Below, in pieces: positions 43,720 through 54,279 of a stretch of 64,000 nt of DNA; position 1 is the stretch's first letter; every line of letters starts with the position of its first letter. Source of the stretch: Histomonas meleagridis 2922-C6/04-290x. Its lineage: Eukaryota > Protista > Parabasalia. Made by a program: the position numbers and the translations under genes. A model generated the notes under the pieces. It was not told the DNA's origin and did not search any database. It saw only the letters and a program-made list of their open reading frames with translations. The stretch lies in NCBI GenBank assembly GCA_020184695.1, contig JAANOX010000116.1, positions 1-64,000 of the forward strand, read 5' to 3'.

Positions 43720-44430
43720 AACATATTTCCAATAATTGCTACTTCATTCATAATATCATCATTGATTTTCATTCCTTCTTTAAGTAAAAATGAAAATATT
43801 TCATAATTACGATATAATATACAAAGCTTTCCTAATTCTTCTAAATTATTAATTTCATCTAATTCATTTTCATAAATATGTTTAAAAATATTATTTCGAT
43901 GAAACCCAATTGCTGTTTCAGATGCATCTTCAAATGATGAAGTATTTTGTTCACATAAATGAATGATTTCTTCATTTCCACCTGCAACTTCATATTTACC
44001 TGTATTATTTACATTTGCATTGTTCATAAGTAAATATTTGAAACACTTAATGAATCCAAAGAATGCTGCATAATCAATTAATGTAACATTTTTTTGTTAA
44101 TAAATGAACATCTTTCATAAAGTGATGGATCAATGCTTTGATCAAAATCAAAATTTGTATGTGATGATATTTTTTGAAGTTTTTCTATTTCATCATTTCA
44201 AATTATTTTCGAAATTTCATTTGGATTATGTCCTTGTTATTACATACAAATATTTTTGTTATTTGGCAAATATAGATTATTTGACATATTTAAGCGTTAT
44301 GTTTTATTCATCTTTTAATTTTTATCAAATAATTAAATCGAAAAATCAGTCTGTACTTAGTACAAATTATGTCGAAGATGATCCATTTGCAAAAGATTTT
44401 AAAGAAGAAACATTTATAAAAGTATAAATT
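43720..44430 (-). pseudogene. Truncated, frameshifted DUF3447/ankyrin-family fragment
   Basis: FDFDQSIDPSLYERCSFIN, IDYAAFFGFIKCFKYL and GKYEVAGGNEEIIHLCEQ occur in different frames. It ends before any ankyrin array. Confidence 0.75.
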
Positions 44431-44924
44431 TCCATTAATGATTAATCATTAATAACCTATAAAATATGATTTAATGTTAAAAAAAGGCTCTAGTTTCATT
44501 AATTAATCTTTCAATTTTGATCTTATTTAGATATTAAATAAAATTTATTTAAATATAATTAATTATTAAGAATAGAATAAGGGCACTTCGTTGCAATATG
44601 CTGATCTGATCCACATATGCTACATCTATGTTTTTGGTTCTTCGTTCTCCAGGTTTATCTACATTTCTTCATGGTTGAGTGTTTGGCGTTCTTGGGATTA
44701 ATAATGTTGAAGGAGGGAAAATATCTTCATTAACCAAGAGTTCTTAAAATATAATAATTTATACGACGTAAGTGTATTATGAGCATGTGATTTAAATATA
44801 AAATTTCATATAATATATTGATTACACACAATGAGTTTTTTGTTCGTAAGGATTTTTCTTCTTCGTTATATTCATTAATTGCACAGAATATAAAGCCAAA
44901 AATTATAACAAATTACAGTTATAT

Positions 44925-46028
44925 TTATTCAACTTTTTTTGTTACTGAATTCACATTTTTATACAAAACAGCAAACAATGTAAATATTGATCCAGATGCA
45001 ACAAGAGCCAACAGAACTATTTTTGTATTAGCCTTCATATACGCAAATGTTTTTACTTCAATTCTTTTCCATTTTGCATGTTTTGGTTTAAAACTTTTGA
45101 TCCATTTCGGAAATTCATTAATATCATTTGGCCCTTCTGAAAATTTCTGATGAACTGGATCGATGACAACAATTTTTGGAGTATTATCTTTGTTTATATT
45201 ACACCCACGTGCAAACTCTGGATTTTCATTGACGTCAACATAATAAACGCGATCTGTTTCATGAAGTTCTTTCTCAACGATGGAGAGAACGTTATCGTAT
45301 TCATTTGATGCGCCGATAAAAGCGGTTATACACATTTGATGCGATTCTTTGAATGACGCAAAAAGAGAATCAGTTAACGGAGGGAGAACAGGAAGAATGT
45401 TGTGTAAGATAAATGATATTATCGATTCTGTAGTAAAGTGATCTGGTTTATATGTGATATTTGTTGATTTGGATCGAAACGCTATAAGTTTTGTTTCACT
45501 AGAATTCAAATAGAGAAAAAGCGAAGAAGTGTTTTGAAATGTCTCAACAGCTGTTTTATAAGAATTTAATGTTAGCTTGTCGTCTGTGTAAAGAATAAAT
45601 AAAGAAAAAATTTTTGTTGTGTTGAGATATGATTGAATTAAATCAGAAGAGTTGATAATGATTAATGGATATAATAACTGTTTCTCAATGAATGCATTGA
45701 TGGATTCAAAGGAATAGATGCCATCATAGGAAAGGGTCTTATTATCAACACTTAAATAAATGATCTGTGGATATTTAGATATATTAGTAAGTTTACGACA
45801 TAGCTTTCTATCTGTGTCGCAATTTATATCATTGAAAATTATGTTTTCTTTGTATTGTGAATGATTTATAATATTTTCCCAAATAGGATTGAAATTAAGG
45901 CAGTGTGGACAAAAAGGATTCCATAATTTGATGACCATCGGCTTTCTTTCTGTACTTTTAATATTTTCTTCAAAATTATCATGCGTAAGTTGGATACAGC
46001 AAAAGCTGTACACCAAAAAACATAACAT
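44925..46028 (-). CDS. Thioredoxin-fold (PDI/TMX-like) ER membrane protein
   Basis: Signal peptide, WNPFCPHC active site, C-terminal TM helix and KKVE di-lysine motif. Confidence 0.85.
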   Translation of the reverse strand: MLCFLVYSFCCIQLTHDNFEENIKSTERKPMVIKLWNPFCPHCLNFNPIWENIINHSQYKENIIFNDINCDTDRKLCRKLTNISKYPQIIYLSVDNKTLSYDGIYSFESINAFIEKQLLYPLIIINSSDLIQSYLNTTKIFSLFILYTDDKLTLNSYKTAVETFQNTSSLFLYLNSSETKLIAFRSKSTNITYKPDHFTTESIISFILHNILPVLPPLTDSLFASFKESHQMCITAFIGASNEYDNVLSIVEKELHETDRVYYVDVNENPEFARGCNINKDNTPKIVVIDPVHQKFSEGPNDINEFPKWIKSFKPKHAKWKRIEVKTFAYMKANTKIVLLALVASGSIFTLFAVLYKNVNSVTKKVE

Positions 46029-46343
46029 TCAGTAAAGTTATCAATTATTTTTTGCATAGTTTACAAAATATGTTCGTGAACAAAGAGAAACAATTCATCC
46101 TCTCAACATTGCAAGAAAATAAATATGTAAAAATAAGGTTTAATTTACCTTGCTATCAATGAAACTAAATAGATAATGTTTTTAACAAATTCAATATTGA
46201 AAACAAATATCTTCTAATTCATTTTTATTTACTATAATATAATGAACAATAATAATAAAATGTTATAGAAACAAATATAATTCTGCATTATTTAAATATC
46301 TCTAATTTATTAGTAGTAAAATGATTTTGTGGATCCACAAATA

Positions 46344-47291
46344 TCAGAAATCAAAGAATTCATCTGTATCCGATTCAACGAATTCAAATGAGCAAGAAAG
46401 CTTTGCGTCTATTTTGAGCATTGCTCCTTTATTTCCATAATGTCCACAATAATTTGATGCTGAAAATACTGTAACAACAGTTTGTTGTGGATAGAATGGA
46501 AACTCATATCCATCAGGAACAACTTGATGAGCCCGACAAATGAGATCGAAATCATATTTGTAAAGAAAATCATTTGCAACATCGGCACCAAACGTATACG
46601 AAGTACCACGCTCGCTCTCTTGGAATCCACTGTAAACAGTAGATGGGTCAGCCCATACCAAATCTGTAACCAAACCGCTTTCTGGAATATCGAGTGGCCG
46701 AGATAGTTTTTCAATCATTTCAAGACTTGCCATTTCACCAGATATGCCGCCGTGAACACAAAATATGCGGTTACTGACTATAGCGGCTAAAGGAAGATAG
46801 CGAAATACTTCATTAAATTTTTTCCATATACTCACATCGTGCTTTTGTTTGCACTCAGTAAGGAATCCATAAAGTTCCGAGATGGCTTCGGTTTCATGAT
46901 TACCACGGAGTAAATATACATTTTGTGGAAAAAGGATTTTCATGCAAAAAAGTGTGGTAACAGTTTCAATGGAGTGATCTCCACGATCAACATAATCGCC
47001 CAAAAAAAGGTATTTGGTATTTTCTGGATCTCCACCTTTCTCAAGATATTGTAATAAATCATTAAATTGTCCGTGAAGATCACCAACAACACAGACAGGC
47101 GCTTGAAGGTGAATAAGAGTTGAGTCTTTTAGAAGAGTTTTTGTTGTTAGATCGCATACAAGTTTTAAGTCTTCCGTGGTGATTGGGACATCTTGAATTC
47201 TTTGAAGCCCACGACTATTCATAAGTTGTTTATATATTTCTTGGATTGTTGATTTTTCAACAGGAGAAAAAATAGAATCTTGCTGAGACAT
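46344..47291 (-). CDS. Ser/Thr protein phosphatase, PP1-like (PPP family)
   Basis: GDLHGQ, GDYVDRG, LRGNHE, HGG, RAHQ and FSASNY motifs. Confidence 0.95.
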   Translation of the reverse strand: MSQQDSIFSPVEKSTIQEIYKQLMNSRGLQRIQDVPITTEDLKLVCDLTTKTLLKDSTLIHLQAPVCVVGDLHGQFNDLLQYLEKGGDPENTKYLFLGDYVDRGDHSIETVTTLFCMKILFPQNVYLLRGNHETEAISELYGFLTECKQKHDVSIWKKFNEVFRYLPLAAIVSNRIFCVHGGISGEMASLEMIEKLSRPLDIPESGLVTDLVWADPSTVYSGFQESERGTSYTFGADVANDFLYKYDFDLICRAHQVVPDGYEFPFYPQQTVVTVFSASNYCGHYGNKGAMLKIDAKLSCSFEFVESDTDEFFDF

Positions 47292-47849
47292 TTGTAAATT
47301 GAGTTACAATTTTCCGATTTAAATGAATTATTTTCGGTTTTATCCAATTTTTTGAATAATGTTTTGGGCTTGCTCAGAAGAAAGATTGAGCCTAAAAGTT
47401 AAACGCTTTAGCAAGCTGAAAATACTTTTTCACCATAACGTCCGAAATAACTATCATAAAAATGGATGATCATCAATTTAAAATGGTTATACCATAACTA
47501 ATTAATAAGAAATATTAAATTACAATATTGAGTAAAAAAAGGTGAAATATCGAGAACGTTTATTACCATGGCTTATGAAGCCGTTTATTTCAAATGAACC
47601 AACAAAACAATCATTTCAGCATAGTTATACAAAACGAAGCAAGAAATGTATATGAACAAATTAATAGTAGGCAGAGGCTTTCGATTGATCAAATGTTAAA
47701 TGAAATCCAACAGGCCTTGGATTTTATTGGATACGTAGAAGTGCCTAACCAAGCAACAGATGAAGAACATGCAAATAGTTCAAACTTTGATTCTGACTCA
47801 GATATAATTTGTCTTTAAATTGTTTATTACATAATTAATTTTATTGTTT

Positions 47850-48596
47850 TCAAAGATTTCCATAATTCCAAAAATATGTATTACCATCACCACTAAGACT
47901 TTGATGTTCATCTGGTTGGAAACTTGCTGATTTTATGACATTTGGTGGTTGAGAAAGAATGTTTGAAACGAGCATTTTTTCATCTAAAGTAGCACTATAT
48001 AGTAAAGTTTGTCGTGTTTCAGGCAAATATTTGACTATATCTTCAATATCTTTCCAAATGCTTTCATTCATTTGAAAAAGTATGTCAATTTCATCAAGAA
48101 CAAGAAATCGTAGATGGTCGAAAGGAACTCGTGTTGCAGATTTGAGATATCGAAGAAGATGCCCAGGAGTAGCAACTAAAATATGTGGATTTCTTTCAAT
48201 AATAGATTCCTGTTGATCATGTGAAAGACCACCAATGATTTCGGCGACATCAATTTTTATTCCACTTCCAAATAAATTAAATTGAGCAGAAATTTGTTTT
48301 ACAAATTCACGTGTTGAAGTTAAAATTAAACAACAAATTCCGTGTGAATCTTTGGATAGTTCTGAGATTATAGGTAATACGTATGCTGCTGTTTTCCCAC
48401 TACCAGTCGGTGCAATCGCAACGACATTTCTTCCAGATAAAATCTGTGGAATTGTTGCCAATTGAACAGGAGTTGGGCTTGTGAACAGGAGTTGGGCTTG
48501 TGAACAGGAGTTGGGGACCCCAACCTGTTCGCATGCTTTTAATATAAAATCTGAAAGTTCTAAGGAAGAAAAAGATTTGCTGATGCAATTATCCAT
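47850..48596 (-). pseudogene. DEAD-box helicase (DDX49/Dbp8-like), N-terminal RecA domain only, with an insertion in the Q motif
   Basis: PTPVQ, APTGSGKT, STREFV, ATPG, DEID and SATL are present; no C-terminal helicase motifs follow the stop at 47850. Confidence 0.65.
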
Positions 48597-48666
48597 GGGG
48601 AAAAAATCAGAACGTACATTCAATTTTACCCTTTTTGAATCCAAACGTAAATTTTTGTTTTGCTGA

Positions 48667-49752
48667 ATGGAAAAATCTTCTCCAAGGAGAAAGAATTATG
48701 ATCTCATTGATTTGAACATGGGGTTTGATCCTATAGTACCTGAAGTTCCATTTTCTCTACAAAAACCAAATTTTAATAAAAGTCAAAAACATTCTGATTC
48801 TGATATTCAGGGAAATAAAATTTTACCAAAAAAAATCGGAAGTGGAAGTGAAACTGAGTCAGATCCACACAAGAAATCAAAACCACGTAAAACAAAAAAA
48901 GTCAAAAAAATTTTACATCCATTCAAACGAAAAAATGCCGAGCAAGGGCTTGGACGTACATCACCAGAGAAACCAGAAATTAGTGAAATTTTGGAGTCAG
49001 TTAATTCAAAAAAAATCAGTACATCAAGTAGTGATTTTGATGAAACTAATATGCAAAAACCAATACCAGAACCAGTTCATGAGAAAGTTAACCTCAATCC
49101 ATCCATCTCTAATCAACTATCTGAAAAAGTAATAATTCCCAAAGAATCGCCAAACGTCCAACAAGATAACCAAAAAGCAAGAAATGAGAAGCGTACTAAA
49201 AGGGCTTCCTCGAACCATATTGTTTTAGAGAGGAATTATTATATTAATTCTTCAATAGTTGACAACTTTTTCGACGCATACAAAGCAGACGTCAAGGCTG
49301 TTTTCAAGCAAACAGACGTTGATGTTTCAATTCTTGAAACGCTTTCATCCAATTTTCAAAAAGTGACAGAGAAAACGGTCGAATCGCATCAAATGCTTAT
49401 GCAGGAAACGGAAAACCTTGGCAACAATCTTGATAATCTCATTATATCTGTTAAATCCACAACTAATTCCATTGATAATATTAATGGGAAAGCTAAAATG
49501 TTGCAAAATGATTTACAAACATTTCGAAGTGAAATTAAAAATTGCGAAAATGAACAATATACACAAAATAACATACTGGAAAAGATACTTTTGTTTTTCC
49601 TTTCCAAGCTTATGATAATTTTCGTGCTGATTAAGCATGTTTTGATTTTCCCGTTCAGAGCAACGAAAAAGCCAAAAGAGAAACAAATGGAAAATGCGAA
49701 CACTCCAAACGAAAGAATTCATACAACAAATGCTTCGAATAATGCGGATTAG
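48667..49752 (+). CDS. Hypothetical protein: disordered N-terminus, coiled coil, near-C-terminal hydrophobic segment
   Basis: 361-aa ORF with ATG. Confidence 0.65.
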   Translation: MEKSSPRRKNYDLIDLNMGFDPIVPEVPFSLQKPNFNKSQKHSDSDIQGNKILPKKIGSGSETESDPHKKSKPRKTKKVKKILHPFKRKNAEQGLGRTSPEKPEISEILESVNSKKISTSSSDFDETNMQKPIPEPVHEKVNLNPSISNQLSEKVIIPKESPNVQQDNQKARNEKRTKRASSNHIVLERNYYINSSIVDNFFDAYKADVKAVFKQTDVDVSILETLSSNFQKVTEKTVESHQMLMQETENLGNNLDNLIISVKSTTNSIDNINGKAKMLQNDLQTFRSEIKNCENEQYTQNNILEKILLFFLSKLMIIFVLIKHVLIFPFRATKKPKEKQMENANTPNERIHTTNASNNAD

Positions 49753-50002
49753 CAATGACTCGTCAATAGACGCATGCGGACTTGGTATTTAATAAAATAT
49801 GTTGTTTTGTTTAAATCGTTTTAATCAAATTTCATAAAGTTATTAAAGCATTTTAATCCTATGAATTTTCTTATTTGAATCCAAATAAACTTTATTATGA
49901 AAACTGTGCAAAGGCCGTACACACCTTAAATATTTAAAAACTATAATGCTTTGCTAACTAATAGAAGCCCCTAGTCATTCATTTCAAAGCCCAAGAGCAC
50001 TA

Positions 50003-50431
<429 letters not shown>

Positions 50432-50639
50432 AATTCCTTTCACAACTTTTTCCCTCTAAAAATTGAAATATAGTTTATAATATTATAAACATTTCTTAAT
50501 ACTTAATTTACAATATAAATATTATGGTCAATCGAAAGGAATTAGTATCAATAAATTTAAGTCAGCACAATAATATTTTCTTTATCCTCATTCCAAACTA
50601 AAATATTATCACTAAAACATTTATTACCAAAATTGGCTC

Positions 50640-51803
50640 TTATCCCGGGTAATACGCCATAATTCTTTCATTATAATTATTTTCATTATTCATTTGTCCC
50701 ATATTATAACCATAGTAATGTTGTTGTTCATTACTTCTTCTTCTCCCACTTTCATTTTGCATCAATTGCTGTAACTCATCTTCCAATTCCTTTTCATCCT
50801 CCATCGAATACTGTTGCTGCTGATTTGCAACAGCATTTGTTACTTCTCCGTATTGATACATTTCGTCCATGTTTTTATATAATTCGTCTTCGTTAATTTG
50901 CGATGTCACTTGTTGCAAATATTTTGTGTTTTCTTCATAATGTGAGGCAACACGCATTGCTATTTCATTGTCAACTTTCTGATATAGAAGTTGCATTTGC
51001 TTCGTGTATAATTGATTCGTTTGATATTCTTGTTGCTCGAGAATTTTCATCATTTTAAGATGCGTCTTGGCTTCAGACTTATGTCCACGCTTAGCACACT
51101 TAACTGCAAGTGATTTTTGGATGTTGATTTTGTCTTGAAGTTCATTGATTTGTTTGACAAGTGAAAACATGTTTTTCTTATCGTTAAGAATCACTTGAAC
51201 AAGTTCATTCGTAACATGTTGGATACGTTTGGTAGGAAAGTAAAAACCATTTTCATACTTCTTGACGCCGCGTGATCGTTCAAGCTCGCTAAATAATATA
51301 TCTTGACTTATACCGGGAACCTTTTCAATGATCTCTTCATTGGTAAGAACAGTATCAAGAAGCCCTGATGCATGATTAAGAATTCCATGGATAAGTTCAT
51401 CAACGAGTAAACGAAGATTATTGACAAAAACATACTCGTCACAATCTCGACTAACAACAAGCCCAATTAAGGCATTAGCAATGGAGCGTACAAGAGACTT
51501 GCTTTTTACATCATCTTTCTTTTTAATTACTTTTTGCGATTCTAAATATTGAATGGATGGTTTGATTGTTGGAATGACGGATTGATATTTGAATGCTTCT
51601 TGAAGCTTTGTAACAGAAAACTCTACAACCCTGGTCTCTGCGCCCCATTTTTTTATTATTGTAGACCAAAATTTTATTTGATCATCCCATTGAGATGTAT
51701 TAACTGAACGATTTGGAAGAACCCTAAACAAATATTGAAAGTCTTCTGGGTGAAACCTTGTGTTGAAAATTATTGTTGCTTTGAGATAATCTTCCTCGTC
51801 CAT
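50640..51803 (-). CDS. CHMP7: CHMP7/Cmp7-like ESCRT-III protein
   Basis: N-terminal winged-helix-like region (QWDDQIKFWSTII) plus Snf7-like helices (AKTHLKMMKILEQ, EKELEDELQQL). Confidence 0.7.
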   Translation of the reverse strand: MDEEDYLKATIIFNTRFHPEDFQYLFRVLPNRSVNTSQWDDQIKFWSTIIKKWGAETRVVEFSVTKLQEAFKYQSVIPTIKPSIQYLESQKVIKKKDDVKSKSLVRSIANALIGLVVSRDCDEYVFVNNLRLLVDELIHGILNHASGLLDTVLTNEEIIEKVPGISQDILFSELERSRGVKKYENGFYFPTKRIQHVTNELVQVILNDKKNMFSLVKQINELQDKINIQKSLAVKCAKRGHKSEAKTHLKMMKILEQQEYQTNQLYTKQMQLLYQKVDNEIAMRVASHYEENTKYLQQVTSQINEDELYKNMDEMYQYGEVTNAVANQQQQYSMEDEKELEDELQQLMQNESGRRRSNEQQHYYGYNMGQMNNENNYNERIMAYYPG

Positions 51804-52664
51804 GTTTATTCAACCAGATATACAACGGTTTTCCGGTAGAAAAGTTTGTGTCACTTTTAGCTGGCAATGAATTTGAATTTGTAAGCTTTTAAAATGCATT
51901 TTAACAACAGTACCCATTAGGAATACATGGATTTTTATTTTAATATATTTCTCATCATCTTTCCATTGATTTGATCTAATATTAATTTAAAGAATAAAGC
52001 TCTTTATTTTTATTCTTTGCTTAAAGAATAGTTTCAAGTGTACTCAGTTTCATGATCTGATTTGCAGCTTCCTAATTTTAATTCTTATTTATTATCATTT
52101 AAAATATTATTAAGTTGAATATTTATTTATTTTATTTTCAAAATCCACAATGTTATTATCAATGAATTATCCTCTCCTTTTTTATTTAGTTTGTTAGTTA
52201 GCGCTGTATCATAATTAGTTGTTGAGATGGTGCATGTGCTAAAGATTTCAGACTTGTTAATGGTGGTGATTTCGATGCTAAAACTGATTCAGTGAGTGAA
52301 ATTTGCGTTGATGGTGATTGTGTAATGTTAGAAAAAAGTAATTCATATTGACTGCGATCTACTGAAAAAATAATCATTATCTTGAAACTTTCCAAGTGTT
52401 AATTCCATAATTGGTGAACAAGTTTTTGTAATTAATATCTTCCATTTTATCTTGCGATTTCCCCTACAACATAAATATTTTCTCCAAGGCACTCCTTTGT
52501 ATTTTGAGAATAATACTTTTTTTTTTGATTACTTAAAATATTAAACATAAAACTTTTAATTAAAATATGCATTACATAAACAAAGGCTGTACTTAACACT
52601 TTAGAAACTTAATATTAAATTTAAATTTATTCATTACAATAACAATTTGAACGATATTTTAAAA

Positions 52665-53798
52665 TTACGCGCATTCACTTAAAGGAACAAAAGCTTTTTC
52701 TTTAGAGAAAACTACAATGTGCAATCCATAGTGGATGTAGGCCTTTACCTTTTTTTCCTCAATCAAAAGGCATAAAATAGATTCTGTTTCCATGATTGTA
52801 TAAGGGTGAAAGATCGAAAGCGACTGTTGAAAGACAGAGACAGGCACTTTTTCGCTGTTCCATTGGGCATGTGCCATCCGAAATATCTGGTAATACACTA
52901 CGTTTCTTGATTTGCACATCAATTCGAACAGCCCGAGCTTAATAAATAAAATTTGATTTCTTTCAAATGCATCATCAAATAATTTCAAATCTCCATTTTC
53001 AATAGCTATGACAAAATCATCAAAAATTTGGAGGTCATACTTGGTCAAGAAGCCATCTCGTATATTAGGTAATTCACCTAGTGGAAGTTGAACTGGAATT
53101 AAATATAATAAAATTAATCTCCTGTTTTGGTAAAGGTCAAGTGGGCACTTAAGAAGCGCGTCAGTAAGATTATCCCTAGCTTCCTTGAGTTCGCCCTTAA
53201 TTGCAGAGATTCGACCTTTATAGAACCTGAAGCACGATACATCACTTTTTGAGAAGAGGTTGTATTGAATTGGGTGCGTATCGTTGTCAACACTTGTCAA
53301 CAGTTTTTCAGCGTGTGTGTACAAGTTTCTCATGAAGTATACAGCCATAAGTTCATTAACAATGGCTAATAATGGACTTTGACCTGGCTTAAATGTTTTG
53401 ATTGAGAGTGCTAGTTTTAAAAGTTTTTGCATTTGTGAAACACTTTCATTATAATCTACATTTGTAGCAAAATAACGAAGTGATTTTGCTATTGATATAA
53501 TACAAGGAACTGATAAATGAGGAGGTATTGTTGAAAATTCACGAATTATTAGTGAAATTGATTGTAAATATTGCTCAAAACATTCTGCTTCTGTTTCTGC
53601 TTGTGCTGCTTGAAATAGTTCTGTTAAGGCATCTGCCCAAACTCCCCCAAGACCAGTAATTATGTTATTTCCGATGAGTGCTTGATACGAATTTTGAAAT
53701 TGTCTTAAATGCTGTATACAAAAACATGTTGCAATAATCCCTCCATCTTTGTTCCTAATAGCGCTTACTATTTGTTGTGGAGTTTTTGGTTCATACAT
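52665..53798 (-). CDS. PCID2: PCI-domain protein PCID2/Thp1/Csn12-like
   Basis: FRFYKGRI, LLKCP..QNRRLILLYLIPVQLPLGELP, C-terminal winged helix with VKAYIHY...VVFSK. Confidence 0.8.
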   Translation of the reverse strand: MYEPKTPQQIVSAIRNKDGGIIATCFCIQHLRQFQNSYQALIGNNIITGLGGVWADALTELFQAAQAETEAECFEQYLQSISLIIREFSTIPPHLSVPCIISIAKSLRYFATNVDYNESVSQMQKLLKLALSIKTFKPGQSPLLAIVNELMAVYFMRNLYTHAEKLLTSVDNDTHPIQYNLFSKSDVSCFRFYKGRISAIKGELKEARDNLTDALLKCPLDLYQNRRLILLYLIPVQLPLGELPNIRDGFLTKYDLQIFDDFVIAIENGDLKLFDDAFERNQILFIKLGLFELMCKSRNVVYYQIFRMAHAQWNSEKVPVSVFQQSLSIFHPYTIMETESILCLLIEEKKVKAYIHYGLHIVVFSKEKAFVPLSECA

Positions 53799-54279
53799 TT
53801 TTTATGACCAATTTCTGAATTAACGTTCCCAAAATTGTTATAATGAACAAAAAAAAGTCACATGATCCAGAAAGCTAATCCAAGAAGACTTTAAAGAGTT
53901 AATTGTTGAAGCAATAGTGCTTCGTCTTATGTAAATTGAAGTAGTAATGTTTTTAGATTTATAAATTATTCTAATGGAAACTAAAATTTATTACACTAAG
54001 CTAACGTTGCTTAGTGGTTCTTAGTACTAAGGAAGTATCTTTTGAGGAAAATTATAAATGTACCAACATTAAAATATTATTAGATTTTTTCTGGATGATG
54101 TTCTAACGAATTAATTAGATAATTTTTACACACGTGTGGGGTTGTTTATTTACATCATGTTCTGAAAAAGCCACGTTTGATAAGTTTACAAAAATATCGA
54201 AATTTTGCAAAATTTTATTTTTGAAAACTTTATATTTCCCAAAAAAAACTGTCAGCGCGCAACTTCAAAAAATTTTTCC

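Noticed and set aside
47790-47885. tttggaatt motif at the end of the truncated DEAD-box ORF as another modular spacer
   Set aside because: There is no 20-nt periodicity and no helicase C-terminal motifs downstream in any frame.
52198-52500. Possible CBM20-like fragment (LGENIYVVGE) and a 65-aa ORF on the minus strand
   Set aside because: Only a short motif with stops right after it; too weak to call.
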